A stretch of 64,000 bases of DNA, from contig JBFXKW010000001.1 of the NCBI GenBank assembly GCA_050173345.1, positions 678,342 to 742,341 on the forward strand, in the 5' to 3' direction. Position 1 is the first letter of the stretch; every line of letters begins with the position of its first letter. A program made the position numbers and the translations under genes. This DNA is from Alphaproteobacteria bacterium (GTDB lineage: Bacteria; Pseudomonadota; Alphaproteobacteria; UBA828). The notes below the pieces were generated by a model. That model ran no database searches and was not told the origin of the DNA. It saw nothing but the letters and a program-made list of their open reading frames with translations. This document shows positions 38,034 through 47,143 of this stretch, piece by piece.

Positions 38034-39437
38034 ATGAACAGCCGCAACTACAGCGCCGCGCAGCGCTATGTCGACAACGTGCTACCCGGCTATGGCGACC
38101 TGGCCGGCCTCGAAACGGCGCCGCCGGTGGTGGTCACGCGCGGCCAGGGCATTTTCGTCTATGACGAAGCGGGCAAGGAATATATCGAGGCCGCGGCCGG
38201 CATGTGGTGCGCGTCGCTCGGCTTCAACGAGCCGGCGCTGATCGAGGCCGCGATCGAGCAGCTTCACAAGCTGCCCTACTATCTCAACCTGGTCGACAAG
38301 ACGACCACGCCGACCGGCGAGCTCGCGGAGAAGCTGAAGGCGCTTGCGCCGGCGCCGATGGCGCGCGTCTTCTTCGCCAATTCGGGCTCCGAGGCGAACG
38401 AGACGATGGTGAAGCTCGTCTGGTTCTACAACAACGCGGTGGGCCGGCCGGAAAAGAAGAAGATCATCTCCCGCCGCATGGGCTTCCACGGCTCGACCAT
38501 CGCCGCCGGCAGCCTGACCGGCATCCCCTACATGCACCAGGCCTTCGACCTGCCGATCGCGCGGATCATCCATACCGACTTCCCGCACTATTACAGGGAG
38601 GCGCGCGAGGGCGAGAGCGAGGAAGCCTTCGCCAGCCGGCTCGCCGGCAATCTCGACGCCCTGATCCAGAAGGAAGGGCCGGAGACGGTCGCCGCCTTCA
38701 TCGCCGAGCCGGTGATGGGCGCAGCCGGCGCGGTCGTGCCGCCCAAGACCTATTTCGAGAAGGTCCAGGCGGTGCTGAAGAAGCACGACGTGCTGTTCCT
38801 GGCCGACGAGGTGATCACCGGCTTCGGCCGCACCGGCAACATGTTCGGCTGCGAGACCTTCGGCATCAAGCCGGACCTGATGTCACTCGCCAAGGGCATC
38901 ACCTCGAGCTACCAGCCGCTCTCCGCCATCCTGGTCGGCGAGAAACTGTGGGAGCCGATCGCCGAGCAGAGCAGGAAGGTCGGCATCTTCGCGCACGCCT
39001 TCACCACGACGGGCCATCCGGTGGCGGTCGCGGTCGCGCTCCGGGTGCTCGACCTCTTCCGCGAGCGCGACCTGATCGGCCATGTTCGCCGCATGTCGCC
39101 GGTCTTCCAGGATGGGCTGAACAGCTTCGCGGCGCATCCGCTGGTCGGCGATGTGCGCAGCGTCGGGCTGTGCGGCGCGGTCGAGCTGGTCGCCGACAAG
39201 GAGACCAGGCGCTCGTTTGCGCCCAAGCTGCGGATCAAGGAGTTCGTGCGCCGGGCCGCCCAGTCGCGCGGGCTGATCATGCGCGCCGCCGCCTCGGGCG
39301 ACAGCATGGCGTTCTCGCCGCCGCTCATCATCAACGAGGCACAGATCGCCGAGGTGATGCGCCGCTTCCGCGCCACCCTCGACGAGACCCTGGCCTGGGT
39401 GGAATCGAACAACCTGCGGGCGGCGGACGCAGCGTAA
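38034..39437 (+). CDS. Class III omega-amino acid:pyruvate aminotransferase-like protein
   Basis: AGMWCASLG, ANSGSEAN, FHGST, AEPVMGAAG, ADEVITGFGRTG, SLAKG, GHPV. Confidence 0.93.
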   Translation: MNSRNYSAAQRYVDNVLPGYGDLAGLETAPPVVVTRGQGIFVYDEAGKEYIEAAAGMWCASLGFNEPALIEAAIEQLHKLPYYLNLVDKTTTPTGELAEKLKALAPAPMARVFFANSGSEANETMVKLVWFYNNAVGRPEKKKIISRRMGFHGSTIAAGSLTGIPYMHQAFDLPIARIIHTDFPHYYREAREGESEEAFASRLAGNLDALIQKEGPETVAAFIAEPVMGAAGAVVPPKTYFEKVQAVLKKHDVLFLADEVITGFGRTGNMFGCETFGIKPDLMSLAKGITSSYQPLSAILVGEKLWEPIAEQSRKVGIFAHAFTTTGHPVAVAVALRVLDLFRERDLIGHVRRMSPVFQDGLNSFAAHPLVGDVRSVGLCGAVELVADKETRRSFAPKLRIKEFVRRAAQSRGLIMRAAASGDSMAFSPPLIINEAQIAEVMRRFRATLDETLAWVESNNLRAADAA

Positions 39438-39448
39438 GTTCTGCCATC

Positions 39449-39548
39449 GTCGTCCTCCGGCGAGCCGAAGGCGAGACCGGGGGACCCAGGAGCCCCAGGC
39501 AACCGCTGCGCCGACGCCCCTGGATGCCCCGCCTGCGCGGGGCATGAC
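39449..39548. repeat. Palindromic REP-like repeat family A, copy 5 (variant loop)
   Basis: GTCGTCCTCCGG-CGAGCCGAAGGCGAGA-CCGGGGGACCCAG ... CTGGATGCCCCGCCTGCGCGGGGCATGAC. Confidence 0.8.
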
Positions 39549-39575
39549 GAAGAAGAAAATGCGCTTGCGCCGTGC

Positions 39576-40505
39576 CTAGCTTGCGGGCGCCAGGCCGAAA
39601 TCGTAGTCGAGCGTGTAGAACGGCGCGCTGACGCCGAGCGCGCTTGCCTCGGCCTCGGAGTCGTGCCGGTCGAAATGCACGATGAGCGAATCCTTCACGC
39701 CGAATACGGCATCCGAACCGATGTAGGGGTCCGCGTCGGAGAAGACCTGCGTGACGACCGTCTCATAGCCCTCGGCCGAGACGATGAAATGGATATGCGC
39801 CGGCCGGTACGGATGGCGGCCGGTCGCCCTGAGCAGCTGGCCGACCGGCCCGTCGTCCGGGATCGGGTAGCACACCGGCAGCACGGTGCGGAACAGGTAG
39901 CGGCCCCCGCTATCGGTCTTCAGCTTGCCGCGCAGGTTGAAGGACGGCTGATCCGGGTCCTGGCCCTCGTACATGCCGTTCGCCGCGGTCTGCCAGATGT
40001 CGAGGAGCGCGCCCGCGATCGGCGCGCCCTTGGGGTCGGTGACCCGGCCGCGCACGATGCAGGGCTCGCCACCTGGCGCCAGGCTGATATCGGCACCCTG
40101 CCCGATCTCGGGCGCGCCCTCCCGGTAGAACGGGCCGAGCACGCTCGATTCGGTCGCGCCCCTGGGCTTCCGGTGGTTGATCGCGTCGATCAGCATGGTC
40201 GCGCCGAGCGTGTCCGACAGCAGGATGAACTCCTGGCGGATGCCGTCGCATTTCTTGCCGACCGCGGCCAGGAATTGGATGGCCTGCATCCACTCCGCCT
40301 CGCTCGGCTCCACCTCGCGGATGAAGCCGTGCAGATGCCGGATGAAGGCGGTCATCACCTGCTTGAGCCGGGCATCCTCGGCGTTGGCGATGCGGCTGAT
40401 CACATCGTCGGTGATGCTGTCTTCCAGCGCGCGGGGCGCCTTTCGCGCGGCGGGTTGCGGCTTGGCGGCGGCGCTCCTGATGCTCCGCTTTCGCTCGACG
40501 GGCAT
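39576..40505 (-). CDS. Intradiol ring-cleavage dioxygenase (hydroxyquinol/catechol 1,2-dioxygenase-like)
   Basis: EFILLSDTLG, LGPFY, DIWQ..GMY, YPIP, RPAHIH (2-Tyr/2-His Fe site), SDAVFGVK. Confidence 0.93.
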   Translation of the reverse strand: MPVERKRSIRSAAAKPQPAARKAPRALEDSITDDVISRIANAEDARLKQVMTAFIRHLHGFIREVEPSEAEWMQAIQFLAAVGKKCDGIRQEFILLSDTLGATMLIDAINHRKPRGATESSVLGPFYREGAPEIGQGADISLAPGGEPCIVRGRVTDPKGAPIAGALLDIWQTAANGMYEGQDPDQPSFNLRGKLKTDSGGRYLFRTVLPVCYPIPDDGPVGQLLRATGRHPYRPAHIHFIVSAEGYETVVTQVFSDADPYIGSDAVFGVKDSLIVHFDRHDSEAEASALGVSAPFYTLDYDFGLAPAS

Positions 40506-40532
40506 GGCGGCCTGCTCCTCTGTGGCCGGAGC

Positions 40533-40653
40533 TTAGAGCACGGTCCGGTCAGGTTGAGTCAACCTGACCGGACCGTGCTCTAACTTGCTGAATAGAGCAG
40601 GATACACGCTCGCGATGGATCGCGGAGCGATTCCATCTCGAGCGACCCTGCTC
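40533..40653. repeat. Palindromic element family C: perfect 25-bp inverted repeat plus a second imperfect hairpin
   Basis: TTAGAGCACGGTCCGGTCAGGTTGA-G-TCAACCTGACCGGACCGTGCTCTAA (40533-40583), then AGAGCAGG...CCTGCTCT. Confidence 0.82.
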
Positions 40654-40706
40654 TGGCACCGATGCTCCGCTTTCCCGAGACCGGCCGTCAAGCCGCCCGA
40701 ATGCCC

Positions 40707-40744
40707 AAAAGAAGAGGCGCGGTGAGCTTCCTGCTCCCCGCGCC
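40707..40744 (-). terminator. Putative intrinsic terminator
   Basis: 12-bp stem with one mismatch (GGCGCGGTGAGC/GCTCCCCGCGCC) followed on the minus strand by TCTTCTTTT. Confidence 0.6.
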
Positions 40745-41117
40745 CAGCGTGACCATCCTGGTTTGCTCTTCCACCGCCGTTGCGTCCGGCGGCTTGTCTT
40801 CTCGTCGGTCCCCTTTCGACTTCTCGGACCCCTCAAGATGCCTTGGCGAACCCGTGATCCCTGAACCCGCGCCTTCTTGGATCGTGCCTGATTGTTCGCG
40901 TCTGGGGTGACGTCTCGCCAATGCAGGGCCACAGTCTCGTCATTGTAAGCACTGCTCGCAAGATACATGGCCGTCCTATTCAATACATCTATATGTGCGT
41001 TTCCGGGATTCGATCGTTAATCCGCGGCAAGCATCAGCCCGTCCGCCCGGATCGAGAAGCCGCGCCCGCAGTCATCGGGGCGAAATCGAAACAAATCGGT
41101 GACTGAACGGTGAGCCC

Positions 41118-42650
41118 TCAATCCGCGGCAGGCCGGGCCCGCGACGGGCTCGAAAATCGGGCATCACCGGGCGGCAACAGAACACGCACGCGCAGGCCAC
41201 CGGCTGTGCGGTTCTCGAGCGTGACGGAGCCGCCGAGCGCCTCGACATTGCGACGCACGATCCACAGGCCCACCCCGAAATGCTGATCCTCGCCGCCGTG
41301 CTTCGCGTCCTTGCGGCTCGAAACGTAGCGCTCGAAGACCTGCTCGATCATGGCCGGGGGGATGCCGGGCCCCTCGTCCTCGACCACGAGCGCGACGTTG
41401 CTCTTGCCCCGCTCCACCCTGACCGTCACCGCGCTGCCCGGCGGCGAGAAGCTGAGCGCGTTCTCGACCAGGTTCTCGACCACCGTCTCCAGGAGCTGGA
41501 CCGAGCCGTGGACCCGCAAGGAGCCCGGCGCGACCACCTCCAACCGCACGCTGGCATCGGGCGCGTGGATCCTGTGCGACTCCACCACCGAGCGGGCGAG
41601 CGAGGCGAGATCGACCACCTCGCGCCGCGGATCGAGCAGGGTCGCGGTGACCTCATCGAGCCGACGCGCGGACTGAACCAGGCCGAGCAGGCGCTCGATG
41701 GCGCTGTCGATGGCGATGAGCGCGCGCTGCGTCGGCTGATCGTCCGGGTTCGCCCGCTTCTTGATCAGGTCGGAGGCCTGGCGGATGGCCGCGAGCGGCC
41801 CCTTGAAGGCATGGGCGTTGTCTTCCGCGGCACGGCGGAGGTCGATCGCCGCGGTACGCAGCGTCTCGACCATGGCATCGAAGCTCTGCGCCACCGGGGC
41901 GAGTTCCGGGATCTCGTTGCGGTCGAGGAAGCGGTCGGACGCGACGGTCTCGCCGCCGATGCGCCGCGCCAATTGCCCGAAGCGCTCGAGGTTGCGCCAG
42001 AGCGAGACCAGCACCGCGAGGACGAGCACGACCACGCCGAGATAGGCGGCCGCCGCGATGCGCACCTCGCCCGAGCGCCAGAACGGCTCGCCGAGGCCGG
42101 CCGCCCGCACCGCCTCGGTCGTGGTGTGGGACATCACGAGCGCGAAGCAGCCGCGCGGCGTGGTGACCGGGGTGATCGAGGTCAGGAGCTCGTCCACGCC
42201 CTCCAGCCGCTCGATCCTCAGCGCGAGCGCGAGATCGCCGGCGCAGCTCGTCTGCAGCCGGTCGAGCACGCCCTCGGAGGCAAGCTCGCTCCGCTCGCGC
42301 TCGAGCTCGGCGCTGGAGACCCGGGGCGCCGCCGCGACGTAGTGGAAGCCGGGCTGCTCGCTGCCGGTCGCCGCCGGCTTGAGCAGCAGCTTGATCCGCA
42401 TCTCGTCGGTCGCGTAGCGGCCGAGCTCCGCCTCGAAGTCGATCAACGGGCGATCGTCCTCGGCGAGCGCCGGGGCGAGCGTGCGGGCGATGATCAGCCC
42501 CTTGTCGCGGATCGCGGTCAGCAGCACGCCCTGCTTGCGCGCCTCGGCCTCGCTGAACGCGATGTAGAGCACGGTGGGCACCACCGCGAAGACCAGAACG
42601 AGCAGAATCAGGCGCGTCTTGAGCGAGCGGAAGACCGCCGGCAATCGCAC
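41118..42650 (-). CDS. Membrane sensor histidine kinase, ChvG-like
   Basis: Two TM segments, HAMP-like linker, H-box EDNAHAFKGPL, ENLVENALSFSP, DEGPGI, HFGVGLWIVRRNVEALGG. Confidence 0.92.
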   Translation of the reverse strand: MRLPAVFRSLKTRLILLVLVFAVVPTVLYIAFSEAEARKQGVLLTAIRDKGLIIARTLAPALAEDDRPLIDFEAELGRYATDEMRIKLLLKPAATGSEQPGFHYVAAAPRVSSAELERERSELASEGVLDRLQTSCAGDLALALRIERLEGVDELLTSITPVTTPRGCFALVMSHTTTEAVRAAGLGEPFWRSGEVRIAAAAYLGVVVLVLAVLVSLWRNLERFGQLARRIGGETVASDRFLDRNEIPELAPVAQSFDAMVETLRTAAIDLRRAAEDNAHAFKGPLAAIRQASDLIKKRANPDDQPTQRALIAIDSAIERLLGLVQSARRLDEVTATLLDPRREVVDLASLARSVVESHRIHAPDASVRLEVVAPGSLRVHGSVQLLETVVENLVENALSFSPPGSAVTVRVERGKSNVALVVEDEGPGIPPAMIEQVFERYVSSRKDAKHGGEDQHFGVGLWIVRRNVEALGGSVTLENRTAGGLRVRVLLPPGDARFSSPSRARPAAD

Positions 42651-42669
42651 GCGGGAGATCCGTCGTTCT

Positions 42670-43452
42670 CTAGGCGTTGAGCGAGACCGCCTCGACCCAG
42701 CGATAGCCGAAACCCGGATAATTCTCGATGTGATCGAACGCGGGATCGACGTCCTTGAACTTCTGCCTGACGCGCTTGACCAGCGAGCGGACGTTCGCGC
42801 GATAGCCCGTGGTGCCGTGGCCGGCGATGAAACCCTCGCCCTTCACCGCGTCGTAGATTTCGCGGTACGAAACGTCGCTGCCGCGCTTCAGGGCGATCAC
42901 CTCGACCACCTTGAACTCGCTAAGCGTCAGACTCACTGCCTGGCTTTCCCAGAAAGCGCGGCTGCTCTGATGACGCAGCTCGAGCACGCCGATCTTGGTG
43001 ATGCTCTCGTCGGCCGCCGGCGCCGGCTTGTCGGGTTTACGCTGGCCCTCGATGACGAGCGCGAGGCGCTTCTCGATGATCGAGAAGCTGCGCGACTTGT
43101 CGATGAAATCGACCGCGCCGTGCGCCAGCGCGGACTCCTCGAACACCGGCTCGCCCAGCGAGGTGAGCACGATCACCGGCATCTCGGCGCCTTGGCTGCG
43201 CAACTGCTTCAGGACCGAGAGACCGTCGAGGCCGGGCATGCGCCAGTCCAAGAGGATCGCGTTCGCCTTGCCGCCGCGCGCGATCCAGGAAAGGATCTCC
43301 TCGCCGCTCGACAGCGACACGACCTGAAAGCCGGCGCCCTCGAGATTGAGGGTGATCATGTCGCGGAAAACCTGATCGTCGTCGACCACGGCGATGCAGG
43401 GCTGTGCCGCACCCACCATGCTGGTGGCTTGGCTATCGGGTTCGATGATCAT
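42670..43452 (-). CDS. OmpR-family response regulator, ChvI-like
   Basis: VVDDD, LLDWRMP, LTS, DFIDK, winged helix ending YPGFGYRW; alternative start at 43419. Confidence 0.92.
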   Translation of the reverse strand: MIIEPDSQATSMVGAAQPCIAVVDDDQVFRDMITLNLEGAGFQVVSLSSGEEILSWIARGGKANAILLDWRMPGLDGLSVLKQLRSQGAEMPVIVLTSLGEPVFEESALAHGAVDFIDKSRSFSIIEKRLALVIEGQRKPDKPAPAADESITKIGVLELRHQSSRAFWESQAVSLTLSEFKVVEVIALKRGSDVSYREIYDAVKGEGFIAGHGTTGYRANVRSLVKRVRQKFKDVDPAFDHIENYPGFGYRWVEAVSLNA

Positions 43453-44005
43453 CGCGGACCTTTCCCAAGCAGGTTTTGAGCTCTGATTCGTCGGCAGCGG
43501 AATCGGGCGCCTTGATCTGCAACGCCTGGAAACGATCCTTGGCGACGTCGAGATAGAAATAGATGTCGACCGTGCAATCGTTGGACGCGTAGCGCAGCAC
43601 CTTCGACGGCGGACGCCACGATCGCTCGATGGGCGCGCCCAGCAGGTCTTCCGCCTCGGACTCGCTCAGCCCGACCACGTCCACCGGCTCGACCACGGGC
43701 GGCGGCTGCGGGCCGAACATCTCGAGCGGCCAAGCCGAGGCGATGGGCGCATAGGGCTGGATGCGAAACGGCCTCGGCGGCGCGGGCTGCGGCTTGTGCA
43801 CCGTGCGCACTGCGGTTGCCGGCGGCGGCGGCTTCAGCAAACCGGCCGTCGCCGCTCCGGTGCCCTCGATCATCGGCGCGGCCTGCGGCGAATCCGTCGC
43901 CACGCCGTCGTCACGCCATGGCTCGCACGCCGCCACACCGCCGCAAACCAGTGCAGCGGTCAAACCATGGCGCGCCAGCCGCGCAAGTCGCGTCGCCCCG
44001 AGCAT
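43433..44005 (-). CDS. Hypothetical Pro-rich lipoprotein
   Basis: Signal-like N-terminus with VAAC lipobox, Pro-rich linker, C-terminal LLGAP..LRY...C...YFY...C domain; start uncertain. Confidence 0.7.
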   Translation of the reverse strand: MLGATRLARLARHGLTAALVCGGVAACEPWRDDGVATDSPQAAPMIEGTGAATAGLLKPPPPATAVRTVHKPQPAPPRPFRIQPYAPIASAWPLEMFGPQPPPVVEPVDVVGLSESEAEDLLGAPIERSWRPPSKVLRYASNDCTVDIYFYLDVAKDRFQALQIKAPDSAADESELKTCLGKVRDDHRTR

Positions 44006-44350
44006 AATTCTATTGTACCCCAATACATCGTTGGGGCGGTTTCCCCTGCTACTCAGATGCCACCGAATCGTGGCGACTGTGTGGCCAAACTCACGCAGCG
44101 CGCCAATTTGTGGCCCCGACGTAGCCGGCGCGCGCGGATCGAGCGAAAAACCACCGCGCCGACACAAGTTCGTTCCTCGAAGAGCACACCGCGCCGAGTG
44201 CCGAGCGTGATCGGCAGCTATGATGCCCTTTCGAGTTCAGGAAGCGCCTGCAGCTCATCCGGCTCAGCGAAAGTAAGCATCGCATACTCGATGCTGCGAT
44301 GGTGCGGCGGGGGCCGTGCCGGCGGATCGTTCGCGCGAAGCGGGCAAGGC

Positions 44351-44365
44351 TTAATCGTTTGTTAA
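44351..44365. promoter_or_regulatory. CtrA-type binding box
   Basis: TTAA-TCGTTTG-TTAA, exact TTAA-N7-TTAA in a very GC-rich background. Confidence 0.65.
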
Positions 44366-44615
44366 GGGGTTTCCTTCATAGCTTCGCCTCGACGCGCCGC
44401 TCGCTTGACGAGTCACCCATCTCGGGGCGGAGGTGGATCTCAACGGCAGCGGTCGGCGCGTCGATCCCCCTCAGCGCAGAGAGCCGCTTCGCACGCCTGC
44501 CGTTCCCGCGCGCACGGATCGGTTCACGGGCGTCTTGGTATGCTCTGTTTACATCGACGCCTGTCCGCGACCGCGGCCATGGCACGGCGAGGCCGCGCCT
44601 CATGCTTTATGCCTG

Positions 44616-44630
44616 TTAAGCATGTGGTAA
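44616..44630. promoter_or_regulatory. Near-consensus CtrA-type box
   Basis: TTAA-GCATGTG-GTAA, about 50 bp upstream of the TPR-SPOR gene. Confidence 0.45.
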
Positions 44631-44679
44631 GCGCGGCTGCCTAGAGTGCAGGCCATCAACGTTTCGAAGGAGATGGCGT

Positions 44680-46134
44680 ATGGCACGCCGGCGCCGCTCG
44701 ACGCTGCTGCTCTCTGTCGCGACCCTCGCGTTCCCCATGGCGCTCGGCGCCTGCGCCACCTCCGGTACCGAAGGCCATGTCGGGTTGACAGCGGCGGCCC
44801 CCGATGGCGGCGCGTCGGAGCCGGTGCACGAGGCGGCCGAGGTCGATGCCGGCCGCCTGCTCCGCATCGGCGCCGCGACCGAGGCCGTCGGCGATCTCGA
44901 GAACGCCATCACCATGTATCAGCGGGCACTCGCGCTGGCGCCCGATTCCGTCGAGGCGCTGCTCGCGCTGGCCGATGCCTATCGCCGGGCCGGCGCGCCC
45001 GAGAACGCGGCCAAGGCCTATCGCGGCGTGCTCGAACGCGAGCCCGCCAACCTGGCGGCGCGGCGCGGGCTCGGCAACGCGCTCGTCGCGCTCGGACGGT
45101 CCGAAGAGGCGCTGGCCGAGTTCGACCTGCTGGTCGCGGCGGAGCCGCTGGACGAGCGCGGCCACAACGGCCGCGGCGTCGCCCTCTCTTTGCTCGGCCG
45201 CCATGAGGAAGCCAGGCAGGCCTATGAGAGCGGGCTCAGGCTCGCGCCGGCCGACCTGGAGCTCAACAACAACCTCGCCACGCTGCTGCTGTTGAGCGGG
45301 GAGCCGGAACAGGCGATCGCGATCCTCGATCGTATCGTGAAGCAACCCGGAGCGCCGGAACGCGTCCGCCAGAACCTGGCGCGCGCGGAAAAGGCGATCG
45401 TCGATCGCGGCGTGCGGGTGTCCACGCTCGAACCGCCCACAGAAGCCGCCGCGCCGAGCGACGAAGCCGGCGTGCTCTACCAGTTGACGGAGGGCAACGA
45501 CGAGGCAGCGAATCCCGAGGCAGGCCCGCCGTCAGCGCCCGAGGCTAACGCAGGGCCGCAGGTCGCCGAACTCATCAAATCACCCGAGACCCTGATCGAG
45601 CCGGACGGGAGCCCAGCCGCCGCTACGTCATCGAACACGGACGATTCCACAACTCCGTCGGTCGACGAGAAGGCCGAGGTGCCCGCCACGGCCGACGCCG
45701 CCCCGCAGGCCGAACAGAAGGAGGAGGCTGCCCCCAGCACCTCCGACGGCCCGAGTGCCGTCTATCGCGTGCAACTGAGCGCCGAGCAGTCGCGCGAGCT
45801 CGCTCTCGAGCGCTGGGCGGAACTCCAAGCCGAAGTGCCGGACCTGCTCGGCGCATTCAGCCCCCATATCAGCAAGGCACCCGACACCGGCAAGGGAACC
45901 TTCTATCGGCTCCGCACGAATCCCCGGCTTTCGCAGGCCGAGGCGCAGACACTCTGCGACGCGTTGAGCGACAGGTCGATCCCCTGCTACGTCGCCGGCG
46001 CCCGCAAGGATCCAACTCCCGCCACGCGGGAAGCGGCGGAGGAAAGCGGCACGGCGGCACCGACGTCCGGCCACGTCGTTCCGGTGCGGTCGGATGCCCC
46101 GACCGCCGGGCCGTGGTCGTCGCAGACGCTCTAG
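44680..46134 (+). CDS. TadD-like TPR lipoprotein with C-terminal SPOR domain
   Basis: LGAC lipobox, TPRs (NGRGVAL..NNNLA..VRQNLA), acidic Pro/Ala linker, YRVQL..FYRL..AQTLCDAL..IPCYV SPOR pattern. Confidence 0.85.
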   Translation: MARRRRSTLLLSVATLAFPMALGACATSGTEGHVGLTAAAPDGGASEPVHEAAEVDAGRLLRIGAATEAVGDLENAITMYQRALALAPDSVEALLALADAYRRAGAPENAAKAYRGVLEREPANLAARRGLGNALVALGRSEEALAEFDLLVAAEPLDERGHNGRGVALSLLGRHEEARQAYESGLRLAPADLELNNNLATLLLLSGEPEQAIAILDRIVKQPGAPERVRQNLARAEKAIVDRGVRVSTLEPPTEAAAPSDEAGVLYQLTEGNDEAANPEAGPPSAPEANAGPQVAELIKSPETLIEPDGSPAAATSSNTDDSTTPSVDEKAEVPATADAAPQAEQKEEAAPSTSDGPSAVYRVQLSAEQSRELALERWAELQAEVPDLLGAFSPHISKAPDTGKGTFYRLRTNPRLSQAEAQTLCDALSDRSIPCYVAGARKDPTPATREAAEESGTAAPTSGHVVPVRSDAPTAGPWSSQTL

Positions 46135-46168
46135 GTTCGTGCTCCCGCGCCGGAGGCGCAGGCCCGCA

Positions 46169-47143
46169 TCAGACCTTCGAGAAGGCATCGATGATGCGCA
46201 GCATCGCCGGCCCCATGACGACCACCACGAGCGCCGGCAGGATGAAGATGATCAGCGGCACCGTCATGATCGCTGGTAGCCGCGCCGCCCGCTCCTCGGC
46301 TCGCATCATACGATCCTGACGCTGCTCGGTTGAGAGCACGCGGAGCGCCTGGGCCAGCGGCGTGCCGAAGCGCTCGGTCTGTTCCAGCGTGCTGCACAGG
46401 CTGTGCACGGCGGGAATATCGACGCGCTTCCTGAATGCGTCGAAGGCCATGCGGCGTTCGGGCAGGAAACCCAGTTCGAACGACATCAGGCTGAGCTCCT
46501 CGGCCAGCTCGACGGAGGAATTGGCGAACTCGCGCGCGACGCGGGCGACGCCGGCATCGAGGCTGAGACCGGCCTCGGAGCAGATCACCAGCAGGTCGAG
46601 CGCGTCGGGCAGCGCCTTCCGCAGCTTGGCCTTGCGCCGCTCGACCATGTTCTTGACGAACACGCCGGGCAGCATGAAGCCGACCAGAACGGCGATCATC
46701 ACGACCAACATCTTGGTCATGGTCGGCTGCTTGAGGATTTCCGCCACGAACAGCATGAAGGCCGCGAGGCCGCCTGTCGCGATCGGCGCGAGCAGCCGCG
46801 CGAAGGCGTAGATCACCACGGCGTCCTTGGAGCGCCAGCCGGCCTGGGCCAGCTTCTCGGCGGCCAGCAACGCCTGCTTGCCGGTCAAGAGGTTCAGCCG
46901 CTTCGAGAGGTCGCGCAGCGCTTCGAGCGAAGGCGGCGCCTTGCTGCCCTTGCGGAGCGCGCCGGCCGAGGCCTCGCCGCGCTTCGAGGGCGAGACTATC
47001 GCCTTGATGCGCTGGTCCACCCGGTTGTTCGGGGTGATGAAGAAGAGCAGCGCGGCAACCGCGATGAAGGCGCCGCCCGCGAGCAGGACGATCAGACCGT
47101 CCTGGCCGAGCAGGCCGTAGAGTCCGCCCGCGTCGTCGCTCAT
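46169..47143 (-). CDS. tadC: Tad pilus platform protein TadC (T2SS F family)
   Basis: LPDALDLLVICSEAGL, QTERFGTP, AEERAARLP..TVPLI. Confidence 0.92.
   Translation of the reverse strand: MSDDAGGLYGLLGQDGLIVLLAGGAFIAVAALLFFITPNNRVDQRIKAIVSPSKRGEASAGALRKGSKAPPSLEALRDLSKRLNLLTGKQALLAAEKLAQAGWRSKDAVVIYAFARLLAPIATGGLAAFMLFVAEILKQPTMTKMLVVMIAVLVGFMLPGVFVKNMVERRKAKLRKALPDALDLLVICSEAGLSLDAGVARVAREFANSSVELAEELSLMSFELGFLPERRMAFDAFRKRVDIPAVHSLCSTLEQTERFGTPLAQALRVLSTEQRQDRMMRAEERAARLPAIMTVPLIIFILPALVVVVMGPAMLRIIDAFSKV

Noticed and set aside
36834-39437. Apparent 867-aa aminotransferase fusion
   Set aside because: The first 400 codons are antisense to the alpha/beta hydrolase and cross a repeat; the family-like sequence begins at 38034
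40549-41106. Small ORFs 40549-40983, 40688-40921, 40662-40910 and 40921-41106 as genes
   Set aside because: No motifs or clear RBS, and several run through a terminator-like hairpin or the palindromic element; kept only as an sRNA or small-protein candidate
44218-44340. Minus-strand frame containing SIEYAML, reminiscent of a third Flp pilin
   Set aside because: No start codon upstream of the motif, no Gly cleavage site and no hydrophobic helix after it
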